Assembly: GCA_041664385.1 (NCBI GenBank)
Contig: JBAYKY010000001.1
Span: forward strand, 367 to 64,366
Length of the DNA stretch: 64,000 nucleotides
Direction of reading: 5' to 3'
From: Minisyncoccota bacterium
GTDB lineage: Bacteria > Patescibacteriota > Minisyncoccia > UBA6257 > GWB1-50-10
Shown here piece by piece: positions 9,337-19,558 of this stretch; position 1 is the stretch's first letter; each line of letters starts with the position of its first letter. The translations under genes were made by a program, and so were the position numbers. The notes beneath the pieces are model-generated. The model searched no databases. It saw nothing but the letters and a program-made list of their open reading frames with translations, and was not told the origin of the DNA.

Positions 9337-11494
9337 TGCAGGCTTTATTTGAACAACGCTCAGGAATTGTTTTTGTGCCCTCCATCATAAGTGAGTCGCA
9401 AAGGTTACATTTATTACCCGTAGGACGAGACTTCATAATAAATTTGCAGGAAGGGTAGTTTGAGCAGCTAAAAAATGCACCAAAACGCCCACGACGTTCT
9501 ATAATATCGCCATTATCAAGTGGGCACTTCACACCCGTGCGCTTCTTAGCCTCTTCTTCAGGGCTTTGCTTAATATAGTGACAGCCCTTTTTCCCACGAG
9601 ACCAATTGCTGCAGGCAATAAACTTACCAAATCGTCCTTCGCGCTCAAGAAGTTTCCCACCACAATCAGGGCACAATTCTCCTGTTTCTTTTGGTCCTTC
9701 CATAAGGGTGCCATCAAGCTTACGTGCGCCTTTGCATTGTTTTGCCTTATCCTTTTCATCAAAGAGACGACAACTCAAAAATTTCCCTGCACGACCAAGT
9801 TTAATAACCATGGTGCCGTGCGAAGGATCAAGGGGGCAGGTAAAGCGAGTGTCTTCACCAAGGGTGGTGGCTTTCTCTAGTTTTTCTTTTTCCTTCACCT
9901 CCTTTGCAAATGGAATGTAAAAATCTTTCAATACTTTTTTATACTCTTTTTTTCCTTCCGCAATTTCATCAAGCTTATTTTCCATTTCTGCGGTAAATGA
10001 ATCACTGATATAGTTTGCAAAATTCTTTTCCAAGAAATCACTCACTACTTCGCCAGTATCAGTGGGATGAAGTGTTTTGTTTTGTTTCTCAATATAACCG
10101 CGTTCATCAAGAGTGCGGATAATAGCAGCGTACGTACTAGGACGGCCGATTTCTCGTTTCTCAAGTTCCTTCACAAGTCCTGCTTCTGTATAACGCGGAA
10201 GAGGTTCTGTTTCTTTCCCCTCACTTTCTATAGAGACGAGAGTTAATACCTCATCTTTTTCTAAATGAGGAAGCTCACGTTCTTCACCGCGCGCACCCGT
10301 ATCAGCCATAAGCCATCCAGGGAAGATAACAATATTACCGGTCATCGAAAAAAACGGAATCTCAGCACCTTTTGCTTCCGCAACTATCTTAGTACGAAGC
10401 AATTGTGCATCAGTCATTTGAGATGCGAGGGTGCGCTGCCAAATAAGTTCGTAGAGTCGCTTTTGTTCGTCATTTCCTCCCGCACTATGAAGCGCCATCT
10501 TCGTGGGACGAATGGCTTCGTGTGCTTCCTGTGCATTTTTGCTTTTTGTGATGTATGTTCGTGGAGAAAGATATTCCTTACCGTATGTTTTCTCAATTTC
10601 CTTATACATTTCTGCAAGCGCGACTGAACTTAAATTGACACTATCAGTTCTCATATAGGTAATGAAACCTGCTTCATATAGTTTTTGCGCAATACCCATC
10701 GTGCGCGAAGGCGAATATCCAAGACGCGAACTTGCTGCTTGTTGAAGTGTTGAGGTAATAAAAGGAGGTTTTGGCGAACGTTTTGCTTCAGTCTTTTTTA
10801 CTGAAATAATATGCCACGGGTGTGTGCGTGCAGCACTAAGAATGCGCTCTACTTCTTGTTCTTTTTTTGGTTCGTCTTCACAGGTAAGTTCAAGTTCGTA
10901 CTTATCGGTTCTACATTTTGCCTTAATTACCCAAAAATGCTCAGGAATAAAGGCACGAATCTCTCGCTCACGCTCCATAATAATGCGAAGCGCAGGGGAT
11001 TGTACTCGTCCTGCAGAAAGACCATAACGCACCTTCTTCCAAATGAGTCCGGAAAGATCATAGCCTACAAGCCGATCGAGAACACGGCGCGCTTCTTGCG
11101 CTTTGCGGAGATTTTCATCAATGTCGCGCGGATGCTGCATCGCTTCGAGAATGGCGGGCTCGGTAATTTCATGAAATACAACCCGTTTCGGATTTTCTAG
11201 GTTACATGCCTCTTTAATATGCCACGCAATCGCTTCACCCTCTCGATCAGGGTCAGTAGCAAGAAGCACCTCATCTGCTTTTTTTGAAAGTTTGATGAGT
11301 TCTTCAACAATTTCAGTTTTTGCTTTTGATATCTCATAGTGAGGAATAAATCCACCAGGAATATCAATTGCTTTTTTATTACTTTTTGGAAGATCACGAA
11401 TATGCCCAACGCTTGCGCGGACTTTATATTCTCCTTTTAAATATTTTTCGATTGTCTTTGCTTTCGCAGGACTTTCGACAATAACTAATTTCAT
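9305..11494 (-). CDS. topA: DNA topoisomerase I
   Basis: TOPRIM N-terminus MKLVIVESPAKAKTIEKYL; topoisomerase IA core; C-terminal Cys4 zinc ribbons. Confidence 0.92.
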   Translation of the reverse strand: MKLVIVESPAKAKTIEKYLKGEYKVRASVGHIRDLPKSNKKAIDIPGGFIPHYEISKAKTEIVEELIKLSKKADEVLLATDPDREGEAIAWHIKEACNLENPKRVVFHEITEPAILEAMQHPRDIDENLRKAQEARRVLDRLVGYDLSGLIWKKVRYGLSAGRVQSPALRIIMEREREIRAFIPEHFWVIKAKCRTDKYELELTCEDEPKKEQEVERILSAARTHPWHIISVKKTEAKRSPKPPFITSTLQQAASSRLGYSPSRTMGIAQKLYEAGFITYMRTDSVNLSSVALAEMYKEIEKTYGKEYLSPRTYITKSKNAQEAHEAIRPTKMALHSAGGNDEQKRLYELIWQRTLASQMTDAQLLRTKIVAEAKGAEIPFFSMTGNIVIFPGWLMADTGARGEERELPHLEKDEVLTLVSIESEGKETEPLPRYTEAGLVKELEKREIGRPSTYAAIIRTLDERGYIEKQNKTLHPTDTGEVVSDFLEKNFANYISDSFTAEMENKLDEIAEGKKEYKKVLKDFYIPFAKEVKEKEKLEKATTLGEDTRFTCPLDPSHGTMVIKLGRAGKFLSCRLFDEKDKAKQCKGARKLDGTLMEGPKETGELCPDCGGKLLEREGRFGKFIACSNWSRGKKGCHYIKQSPEEEAKKRTGVKCPLDNGDIIERRGRFGAFFSCSNYPSCKFIMKSRPTGNKCNLCDSLMMEGTKTIPERCSNKACINHNPHKIKK

Positions 11495-11595
11495 CCCGTT
11501 AGAGTTTCACTTTTTCTATTTTAATTTTTTTCGACGTCATTTTGCATTATTTGATTTACCACGTTATATAGTTATAAAACTCTAACGGGATTCAT
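11491..11595. repeat. Inverted-repeat element, locus 2: ATCCCGTTAGAGTTT ... 75 bp spacer ... AAACTCTAACGGGAT
   Basis: 15-nt perfect inverted repeat; left arm fused to the topA start (reverse strand reads CTCTAACGGG-ATG-AAA). Confidence 0.8.
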
Positions 11596-11615
11596 AGTCG
11601 TTCTTCTATACTACC

Positions 11616-12497
11616 TTAATTGTTTTTTATTCTAAACTTACCACCCACTTCCTCAATCATTCCCGAGAAAAGAAGAAGGGTAAGCTTCTCACTTACAATA
11701 TGAGGTTGTAGTGTAGTCAGCTCAAGTATTTTGTCAATTGTGAGAGGTTCGCGTGCACTTGTAAGTGTATTCACAATTTGTGATTCGACTTCGCTTAATG
11801 AGGCAGTATTTTCTTTTATAGTTGTGGGAGAAGAGGATGATTCCACCCCGAGATCCTCCAAAATATCTGCACAACTTGTCACAAGACGCGCACCATTTCG
11901 AATAAGCATATGAGAGCCTTTATAATTGACGCTTTTTACGCTTCCGGGGAAGACAAAAACCTCACGCCCTTGTTCAATCGCATTGCGTGCAGTAGCAATT
12001 GAGCCAGAGCGCAAAGGTGCTTCGATAACAATAGTTGCAATAGAGAGACCACTCACAATACGATTTCTCTCAAGAAACTGACTTGGATATGCGGGAGTTC
12101 CTTCGGGATACTCTGAAATGAGACACCCGCCAGATTCGAGAATGTGTTCTGCGAGATGCTCATGCTGACGAGGATAGACAGCATCTAAACCATTTGCGAG
12201 CACTGCGATAGCGCGTCCATTTGCTTTAAGTGCTCCTTCGTGCGCGGCGCCATCAATACCAAGTGCGAGACCACTTACAATAGTAATACCTCGTAAGACA
12301 AGTGATTCGGCAAGCTCGTGTGCAAGTACCAACCCTTCGCGTGATGCTTTGCGCGTCCCCACAATAGCAACACATGATTCACGTGACGTAGGAGGTATGC
12401 CACGATAGTAAAGTGTTTTAGGCGCTCCAGGAATTTCGAAGAGAAGAGAGGGATACAATTTTGATTCTTCGTGTAGAACACACACCGGAAGTTTCAT
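11616..12497 (-). CDS. dprA: DNA processing protein DprA (Smf)
   Basis: Rossmann-like DprA core GLALGIDGAAHEGAL...AVLANGLDAVYP...RSGSIATARNAIEQGREVFVFPG. Confidence 0.88.
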   Translation of the reverse strand: MKLPVCVLHEESKLYPSLLFEIPGAPKTLYYRGIPPTSRESCVAIVGTRKASREGLVLAHELAESLVLRGITIVSGLALGIDGAAHEGALKANGRAIAVLANGLDAVYPRQHEHLAEHILESGGCLISEYPEGTPAYPSQFLERNRIVSGLSIATIVIEAPLRSGSIATARNAIEQGREVFVFPGSVKSVNYKGSHMLIRNGARLVTSCADILEDLGVESSSSPTTIKENTASLSEVESQIVNTLTSAREPLTIDKILELTTLQPHIVSEKLTLLLFSGMIEEVGGKFRIKNN

Positions 12498-12553
12498 AAT
12501 GTGGTAATATAATTATATACTACACGTTTGTAGAGGAGTATATTTGTCTAAGC

Positions 12554-13081
12554 ATGGAAGTATTTAAGAAAAAAATAACGATTGAGGGACTTATTACTGC
12601 AATTATTATTATTGCAATTTCTAGCGGAATTTATTTTTTTGCTTCTAAAATAACCGCTTATTCAAATGAAATCCTCGCATTGCGCACAGAGCTTGCTATG
12701 CGATCAACTTCACTCACGATGCTTGCAAATCTTCGTTCTGATTATATTGCGAAAGCACAAAAGGACTTCGGGGTGCTCTCTAGCGTAATCCCAGTAAAAG
12801 ATCAGCTCATTAATATTGCGAAGGACTTCCAATTTCTTGCAACACAAGCAGGATTCGATTCCACATTCTCATTTATGAATGAGTCACCGGCCACCAGCAA
12901 CTCGTTGGGGTTCCTTGGTTTTAAACTCACGTTTGGTGGTGATTTTGATAAATTACTTGGTTTTGTAAAAACATTACAAAATTTCCGTTATCTTTCCGAT
13001 TTTAGTAATTTCACTATTGCTCGTGGGAAAGACAAGACTCAATTATCAGTGAACGGTAAAGTATTTTTTCGAAACCCCTAA
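12554..13081 (+). CDS. Membrane-anchored protein, possibly PilO-like
   Basis: N-terminal TM then a predicted coiled coil; architecture only. Confidence 0.3.
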   Translation: MEVFKKKITIEGLITAIIIIAISSGIYFFASKITAYSNEILALRTELAMRSTSLTMLANLRSDYIAKAQKDFGVLSSVIPVKDQLINIAKDFQFLATQAGFDSTFSFMNESPATSNSLGFLGFKLTFGGDFDKLLGFVKTLQNFRYLSDFSNFTIARGKDKTQLSVNGKVFFRNP

Positions 13082-13108
13082 TGTGGGCATAATATCCATC
13101 ACAGCAAT

Positions 13109-13336
13109 ATGAACAATCTTTTTACTAAAGGAATGAAACTGCATATTTCTCGCCAAGGTTTTTTTTCTATTCTTGCAATTATCCTTATAATCCTTATTGT
13201 AGGACTTGTTATTTATCTCTCGACTTTTCTTGTAACAAACTTTGGAACCGCATTAGAGTTTGGGGGAGAAAATATTCCTAAGGAACAGTTTGACATCAAG
13301 GGCTTCGAAACGCTAAATTTAGTGAAGCCACAATAG
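13109..13336 (+). CDS. Hypothetical small membrane protein
   Basis: Single TM helix. Confidence 0.4.
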   Translation: MNNLFTKGMKLHISRQGFFSILAIILIILIVGLVIYLSTFLVTNFGTALEFGGENIPKEQFDIKGFETLNLVKPQ

Positions 13337-13351
13337 GAATAAAACTGATTC

Positions 13352-13423
13352 GGGTGTGTAGTTCAGTGGTAGAACGCTGTCCTGATAAGACAGAGGTCGA
13401 AGGTTCGATTCCTTCCACACCCA
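13352..13423 (+). tRNA. tRNA-Ile (anticodon GAU)
   Basis: Acceptor GGGTGTG/CACACCC; anticodon stem CTGTC/GACAG with loop CTGATAA; T-arm GAAGG-TTCGATT-CCTTC. Confidence 0.85.
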
Positions 13424-13507
13424 CAAAGAAAGGCCTTGTGAGGAGGTCTTTTCTTTACAAAGGGGGTTGTGCGAAGATTTTTGAAAACAATGAATATGGG
13501 CCTGTAG

Positions 13508-13584
13508 CTCAGTTGGTTAGAGCGCCTCATTTGCAATGAGGAGGTCACCGGTTCGAATCCGGTCAGGTCCACCAAAATTGTTGT
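13508..13584 (+). tRNA. tRNA-Ala (anticodon UGC), CCA encoded
   Basis: GGGCCTGTAGCTCAGTTGGTTAGAGCGC; anticodon stem CCTCA/TGAGG with loop TTTGCAA; ends GGTCCACCA. Confidence 0.88.
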
Positions 13585-13638
13585 TTCCGACAGAATACCC
13601 CTCTTGCGAGGTGGTATTTTGTTATATAGTTAAATTAC

Positions 13639-15057
13639 ATGAATAAAAAAGGATTTCTATTGCTCACAGTAATTTTCGCTATCGTTTTAATTTTCATTGT
13701 GAGTGGAGTTGTCTGGTATTTCTCTCTACAAAAAGTTGGTGTTGATTTTGAACAAGTGAATACGATTTCAGCTCCGGCTAATTCAGCGGTTGAAGAAAAA
13801 GTATCGGAAGAATCCATACAGCAAAAAAAATCGAACTCACCTGCGTTAGTTGCGTCCGAAATCCAAAAACCACCTCCTACGAACAATAAAATAAGCGTTT
13901 GTGGAATATATACCGATAAAGGCGAGTATCAATTAAATAGCGATTTATTGTCCGCAAATCCCGGTTGTTTAAAAATAAATGGAGCAAACAACCTAATTCT
14001 GGATTGTCAGGGGCACACAATTAAATACGCAGCTACTAAAATTAATGTTAGCCTGGATAAGAAAAGTCTTTATACAGATTCCGCAACAGATTACACAACA
14101 CCCTTATTAGATGTACAAAATGCACAAGATTCCGTTATAAAGAACTGTGTCTTAGAGACGGATGGGAGAATACCGTTATCAATAACTAAAAGCAAAAACC
14201 TAACTATCAAGGACAACACCATTAACGAATCTCCCTACTTCACTGCGTATGTTGAAGTGCGTTCCAGCAACGCAATTTCGTTCGTGAATAATACAGTACA
14301 TGTTTTTTATGACCAATTAAAAACAGTAAATAGTTATATCGGTAATAATGTCTTTTTGTGGAATCAACCATCCAAAATTAACAAAACGTTTATCAATAGT
14401 GTATTGGATCTTAGTGAGGGCTCAAGTAATACGATAGAAAATAATACTATCAATGGTTCAGCGGATGGAGATTATAACATACGAATCGGAGCTGATCATG
14501 GTATTGGGTTGACTAATGAGAAAAATGACGTTGTTTCGAAAAACAACATATCCCATAGCTGGTTTCTTGGATTGGAAACTTCGCGACAAATAGAAAATTC
14601 TTTGATAGATGGTAATTTATTTGATACCATCGGTGCGGCTGGCATCGGATCCATTTATGGGACGAGTTGGATAAATAACAAAATATCGAATAATACAGTG
14701 GAGAATGCCGGACTTCTATTTCACTTTACCAGAGAAGGAGGCCTTTTGGTCTACGAAGACGCAGTTTATTTCAAGGACAATGCCTTTATAAACAATAACT
14801 TTAAAAGCTATACTGGTAAGTATGGCTCAGGAGAATCCTCCTCATTCCACTTTCAGTCACCTTTTTGGTTGCAAACCGACGCGGAACGACAGCCAACTAC
14901 TTCCGAAATTATCTTGACCAATAACCTATTTCAAGGAAATAACTTCAATAAAGATAGGCTCGCACCGCTTATTTACCCAGCCAGTATGGTTAAAGATGGT
15001 GGAGGGAATATTTGTGGCGATAATAATCAGCATCCTTATCCATTGCTGTGTAATTAA
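13639..15057 (+). CDS. Secreted/anchored right-handed beta-helix repeat protein
   Basis: N-terminal TM/signal; repeated N-rich beta-helix rungs (IKDNTINESPYF, VNNTVHVF, IENNTINGSADGDYN, NNKISNNTVENAG). Confidence 0.6.
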   Translation: MNKKGFLLLTVIFAIVLIFIVSGVVWYFSLQKVGVDFEQVNTISAPANSAVEEKVSEESIQQKKSNSPALVASEIQKPPPTNNKISVCGIYTDKGEYQLNSDLLSANPGCLKINGANNLILDCQGHTIKYAATKINVSLDKKSLYTDSATDYTTPLLDVQNAQDSVIKNCVLETDGRIPLSITKSKNLTIKDNTINESPYFTAYVEVRSSNAISFVNNTVHVFYDQLKTVNSYIGNNVFLWNQPSKINKTFINSVLDLSEGSSNTIENNTINGSADGDYNIRIGADHGIGLTNEKNDVVSKNNISHSWFLGLETSRQIENSLIDGNLFDTIGAAGIGSIYGTSWINNKISNNTVENAGLLFHFTREGGLLVYEDAVYFKDNAFINNNFKSYTGKYGSGESSSFHFQSPFWLQTDAERQPTTSEIILTNNLFQGNNFNKDRLAPLIYPASMVKDGGGNICGDNNQHPYPLLCN

Positions 15058-15062
15058 CACGA

Positions 15063-15413
15063 TTGTTTTTTATTTTCTCTTCAAAGCAGTACAATAGGAA
15101 CATGGAAAAGAAGGAATATCTCATAAGAAGTTTTTTGAATGCTGCGGGCGTTCTTGTATATATATCCTTAGTAGCAGGATTCTTATTCAACGGTAAGCAA
15201 CTATTTGGAAAGGAGGAAACTTTTCTCCTTCCAATCCTTATGCTTCTTCTTTTTGTTACATCCGCAGCAATCACAGGATCTCTTGTTTTGGGAAAACCGA
15301 TTCACCTTTATCTGAGCGGTCTTAAAAAAGAAGCATTCACAATGCTTTTCGCTACGATTGGTTGGCTTGTTCTTTTTCTTATTGTGATTATCGGAATATT
15401 GTTGGCACGATGA
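15063..15413 (+). CDS. Hypothetical membrane protein
   Basis: Three predicted TM helices; start uncertain (possibly Met at 15102). Confidence 0.4.
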   Translation: MFFIFSSKQYNRNMEKKEYLIRSFLNAAGVLVYISLVAGFLFNGKQLFGKEETFLLPILMLLLFVTSAAITGSLVLGKPIHLYLSGLKKEAFTMLFATIGWLVLFLIVIIGILLAR

Positions 15414-15691
15414 AGATACTCAAGAAAGTTCAACACGAATATTTCGAAGCCCTTCTTGAGGGAAGAAAACAATTTGAGATTCGTCTTGCGGACTTTAAAT
15501 ATAAACCAGGCGACACGCTAGTACTTTTGGAGCAAAAAGAAGGGAAGAGGGAATTGAGCGGGAGAAAGCTCGAATGCGAGATACTTTTTACAGTGAATAC
15601 AAAAATAGCTGAACAATTTTGGACGAAAAAGAAAATAGATAAATATGGTCTCGCGGTTCTTTCTCTCCGAAGAAAGTTTAAATTTAAATAA
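15410..15691 (+). CDS. ASCH/PUA-like (DUF3850-like) small protein
   Basis: QHEYFEALLEGRKQFEIRLADFKYKPGDTLVL resembles ASCH/DUF3850 beta-barrel proteins; ATGA start-stop overlap with the upstream gene. Confidence 0.45.
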   Translation: MKILKKVQHEYFEALLEGRKQFEIRLADFKYKPGDTLVLLEQKEGKRELSGRKLECEILFTVNTKIAEQFWTKKKIDKYGLAVLSLRRKFKFK

Positions 15692-15693
15692 CT

Positions 15694-15906
15694 ATGTTTA
15701 TTATTTTTGGTATTATTGGACTTCTTATAATATCAACGGCGATCTGGCTAAAGAATGAAAAAAGACAAGATTTGTTATTTATTATCGGTGGTATTTCACT
15801 TCTTATTTATAGCGTAAGCATTGGTGATATCATCTTTATACTTCTACAAATTATTTTTATCATTTCCGCATTTGTAGAGATTGTTCGGTTACCCAAAAAG
15901 AAATAG
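15694..15906 (+). CDS. Hypothetical small membrane protein
   Basis: Two TM helices. Confidence 0.4.
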   Translation: MFIIFGIIGLLIISTAIWLKNEKRQDLLFIIGGISLLIYSVSIGDIIFILLQIIFIISAFVEIVRLPKKK

Positions 15907-15972
15907 GAGGTAATTTCTTATCCACAGGGGAGAGGACTTGCATAACCTTAACCTGGGGTGTAGGTTATAGGT

Positions 15973-16251
15973 ATGAAGCATCACGAACAAGGAACAGCGC
16001 CAGATAAGGCAAAGTCGCTAAAACATGCAAAACAAGCGCAGGGCACGCTTTCAAAAGTCATCCAGATGATTGAAGGGGATCAGTATTGCCCAGAAGTCAT
16101 CCAACAAACACATGCCGCAATCGGTCTTTTGCGCACACTCGAATATACCCTTCTTAAGGGCCACCTTGACCATTGTGTAGAGCATAAATTGCACGAGAAC
16201 AAGAAACAGACCATTGATGAATTATTGCGCATTTATAACCTTTCAAAATAA
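15973..16251 (+). CDS. csoR: Metal-sensing transcriptional repressor, CsoR/RcnR family
   Basis: Conserved Cys/His ligands in YCPEVIQQTHAAIGLL...LDHCVEHKLHE; directly precedes copA. Confidence 0.8.
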   Translation: MKHHEQGTAPDKAKSLKHAKQAQGTLSKVIQMIEGDQYCPEVIQQTHAAIGLLRTLEYTLLKGHLDHCVEHKLHENKKQTIDELLRIYNLSK

Positions 16252-16256
16252 TTGGT

Positions 16257-18527
16257 ATGCAAAAAACATTTAAAGTGAGAGGGATGCACTGCGCGTCATG
16301 CGCGGTAATCATAGGGAAAGAGTTGAATAAAACTGAAGGCGTAACTTCAGCTGAAGTAAATGTAGGAACTGAGGCGGTGAAAATCAATTTTGATGAACAA
16401 AAGATAAGTGCCGAAACGCTTTCGAAAAAAATAAAGCCTCTTGGGTACGAATTGATTATTGAGGATGAACATTCGATGCGCGAAGGACACATGGCAATGA
16501 ATACTCAGAAAAGTGAGAAGCTTGCTGAGCTTGCCCAAATGAAGAACAGGCTTATGTTTGCTATTCCGCTCGCAATTCTGAGCATTGTTGTTATGGCGTG
16601 GGATATTGGAGCAAAAATAGGAATCATTGACTCAATGTCCTTAACTATAAGTGCGATTGTTATGTATCTTCTCCCACTTGCTGCTACCTACATCCTTTTT
16701 ATAGTGGGAAAACCCTACATCACGGGGGTATATCGGTTTTTGCGATATGGAAAAGCAAATATGGATACGCTTGTGGGAATAGGCACGTTAGTTGCCTATA
16801 TCTACAGCATCGTCGTTGCGGTGTTTAAAGATTCTCTTATTACCTATATTAACGTAGAAAATCTTTATTTTGATGTGGTGATTATCGTTATTACTTTTGT
16901 CTATCTCGGTGAATATCTTGAAACAAAATCTAAATTGAAGACGGGTGATGCAATAGAAAAACTATTAAATTTACAAACGAAAACGGCTACTGTAATTCGT
17001 AATGGAAAAGAAGTGGAAATCTCCATACATGAAGTAACACATGGCGACCTTATTATGATAAAACCAGCCAGCAAGATTCCGGTTGACGGTGTTATTACAG
17101 AAGGATCCTCGTATATTGATGAATCGATGATTACGGGTGAGCCAATTCCAGTAAAAAAGACGGTAGGAGATGCAATCGTTGCGGGAACTATTAATACAAG
17201 TGGTGCATTTACATTCAAGGCTACCAAGGTTGGTTCTGAAACAATGCTTGCACGTATCATTGCCATGGTTGAGGAGGCACAAGGAAGTAAGGCACCCATT
17301 CAAGCACTTGCGGACAAGATATCAGGTATTTTTGTGCCAATAGTATTGTGCGTTGCATTTCTTTCGCTTGGTGCATGGCTTCTCATTGGATCAAGTTACC
17401 TTCCTTTTTCACAGGCACTTTCATTTGGACTTGTTTCATTCGTAAGTGTGCTCGTTATCGCGTGTCCTTGTGCACTTGGTCTTGCAACCCCGACCGCAAT
17501 TATTGTGGGTGTAGGAAAAGGAGCGCGAGAGGGAATTCTCATTAAAGATGCAGCAACACTTGAAAAACTCCATAAGGCAACTGTAGTGGTGGTAGATAAA
17601 ACCGGTACTATAACGCGAGGAAGACCTGAAATCGTCTTCATTCGAAATTTTTCTAAGAAAAACGATGATGAACTTATTACACTCCTCGCTTCACTTGAGA
17701 AAAAATCAGAACACCCCATTGCGCATGCAATTGTAACGTACGCAGTTGAGAAAAAAATGGTACTTTCAACCACTGATACTTTTGAAGGGATAAAAGGGAA
17801 GGGGGTTCGTGCAACTATCGCAGGAACAGAATACTATGCGGGTAATACAAAACTCGTCGAAGACTTACATCTCACATTCGATAAAGAAATAATTGAAGGA
17901 GAAACGAAAAATGGTAAGACGCCGGTTATTCTTGCCACAAAGAACCAGGTTCTCGGTATCGTAATGGTCGCGGATGCAATAAAACCTGAAGCGGCGGAGG
18001 CAGTATTAAGACTTCATAAACTTGGTATTAAAGTAGTAATGCTTACAGGCGATGATAAAAACACCGCTAATTATATTGCGAGTCAGATAGAAATTGATGA
18101 TGTAGTTGCCGAAGTGATGCCTGAGGATAAGTTAAATAAGATTAAAACGCTCCAAGCAGAAGGGCATATTGTAGTAATGGCAGGAGATGGAGTAAACGAT
18201 GCACCAGCGCTTGCACAGGCAGATATTGGCATTGCGATGGCAACAGGTACGGATGTAGCAATTGAGTCAGCAGGAATTACGCTACTCCATGGTGACATTT
18301 CAAAACTTGTAAAGGCAATCTCGCTCTCCAAAATTACTATGCGAGGTATCAAGCAGAATTTATTCTGGGCATTCTTCTATAATATTGTCGGTATTCCACT
18401 TGCGGCAGGAGCGTTCTATCCCTTATTTGGATGGCTCTTAAATCCGATATTCGCAGGTCTTGCGATGGCGCTCTCAAGTGTATCGGTCGTAGGTAATTCG
18501 CTCAGATTAAAAACAATTAAACTTTAA
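16257..18527 (+). CDS. copA: Copper-translocating P1B-type ATPase
   Basis: N-terminal HMA with CASC; TM CPC motif; DKTGTIT phosphorylation site; GDGVNDAP hinge. Confidence 0.92.
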   Translation: MQKTFKVRGMHCASCAVIIGKELNKTEGVTSAEVNVGTEAVKINFDEQKISAETLSKKIKPLGYELIIEDEHSMREGHMAMNTQKSEKLAELAQMKNRLMFAIPLAILSIVVMAWDIGAKIGIIDSMSLTISAIVMYLLPLAATYILFIVGKPYITGVYRFLRYGKANMDTLVGIGTLVAYIYSIVVAVFKDSLITYINVENLYFDVVIIVITFVYLGEYLETKSKLKTGDAIEKLLNLQTKTATVIRNGKEVEISIHEVTHGDLIMIKPASKIPVDGVITEGSSYIDESMITGEPIPVKKTVGDAIVAGTINTSGAFTFKATKVGSETMLARIIAMVEEAQGSKAPIQALADKISGIFVPIVLCVAFLSLGAWLLIGSSYLPFSQALSFGLVSFVSVLVIACPCALGLATPTAIIVGVGKGAREGILIKDAATLEKLHKATVVVVDKTGTITRGRPEIVFIRNFSKKNDDELITLLASLEKKSEHPIAHAIVTYAVEKKMVLSTTDTFEGIKGKGVRATIAGTEYYAGNTKLVEDLHLTFDKEIIEGETKNGKTPVILATKNQVLGIVMVADAIKPEAAEAVLRLHKLGIKVVMLTGDDKNTANYIASQIEIDDVVAEVMPEDKLNKIKTLQAEGHIVVMAGDGVNDAPALAQADIGIAMATGTDVAIESAGITLLHGDISKLVKAISLSKITMRGIKQNLFWAFFYNIVGIPLAAGAFYPLFGWLLNPIFAGLAMALSSVSVVGNSLRLKTIKL

Positions 18528-18532
18528 TATTT

Positions 18533-19555
18533 ATGACCCAATCACAGAAACACCTTTTTCATATACAGGGTATGCATTGCACCGCCTGTGGAATCTTAAT
18601 CAAAGAAACACTTGAGAGTACTGAAGGCGTAAGCTATGTGCACGTGAATGAGAAAAAAAATACCGTAGAAGTAATTTTGGAAAGCGATGAGAGTGGAGAA
18701 GTTATAGCAAAAAATCTCTCCGCACTCATTAAGAAGGATGGTTATTCTCTTTCCATCGAAAAAATTGGCCATGCGCCTAAATGGAGTGAGTTTCGCTACG
18801 CACTTCCTATTGCCCTTGGTATACTCGGAATCTTTGTGTTCTTACAAAAAATCGGTCTTGTAAATCTCATTACTGCTGAAAAGGTAAATCTACCCGCCGC
18901 ATTTAGTATTGGCCTTGTTGCATCTGTTTCATCATGTCTCGCAGTCGTAGGAGGATTACTTCTTTCGGTGTCAGCAAATTATGCGAAAGAAGGAGAGAAA
19001 GCAAAACCACAAATTTTCTTTCATGGAGGAAGACTTATCTCATTCTTTGTGTTTGGAGGGCTTATTGGTCTTCTTGGGTCTGCATTTACGTTAAGCGGCA
19101 GCATGGTGCTTATATTAGGAATTTTAGTAAGTATGGTGATGCTCTCACTCGGATTAAATCTTCTTGATGTATTTCCATGGACAAAGCAACTTCAGCCACG
19201 CATGCCGAAATTCCTTGATCATTCTTCCAGAATAAAAAACATGCAACATAGTGCGGTACCATTTCTTATTGGACTCAGCACTTTCTTTCTTCCGTGTGGA
19301 TTTACCCAATCAATGCAAGTATATAGCCTTTCTACGGGTTCATTTCTTGCGGGAGCACTTACTATGCTTGTGTTTGCCCTTGGCACACTTCCTGTGCTCG
19401 CATTCATTAGTGTGAGCTCAGTAGAATTTGGAAAAGGAAAATATTCAGGAATCTTTTTCAAGGTAGCGGGCCTTCTTGTAATTGCATTCGGTATTCTCAA
19501 TGTACTGAGTAGTCTCACGGCAGCAGGCATTATAAAACCGCTTTTTAATTTATAA
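18533..19555 (+). CDS. HMA-domain fusion to a DsbD_2/CcdA-like polytopic membrane protein
   Basis: N-terminal GMHCTACG metal-binding domain; TM region with conserved Cys (VSSCLAV, FLPCGF). Confidence 0.55.
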   Translation: MTQSQKHLFHIQGMHCTACGILIKETLESTEGVSYVHVNEKKNTVEVILESDESGEVIAKNLSALIKKDGYSLSIEKIGHAPKWSEFRYALPIALGILGIFVFLQKIGLVNLITAEKVNLPAAFSIGLVASVSSCLAVVGGLLLSVSANYAKEGEKAKPQIFFHGGRLISFFVFGGLIGLLGSAFTLSGSMVLILGILVSMVMLSLGLNLLDVFPWTKQLQPRMPKFLDHSSRIKNMQHSAVPFLIGLSTFFLPCGFTQSMQVYSLSTGSFLAGALTMLVFALGTLPVLAFISVSSVEFGKGKYSGIFFKVAGLLVIAFGILNVLSSLTAAGIIKPLFNL

Positions 19556-19558
19556 CTC

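Noticed and set aside
9529-9920. Several 77-104 aa ORFs on both strands within topA
   Set aside because: Embedded in or antisense to topA; spurious.
13354-13575. ORFs of 61 and 70 aa on both strands
   Set aside because: They overlap tRNA-Ile and tRNA-Ala; not coding.
16901-17303. 110-132 aa - strand ORFs inside copA
   Set aside because: Antisense to a confidently identified P-type ATPase gene; no independent support.
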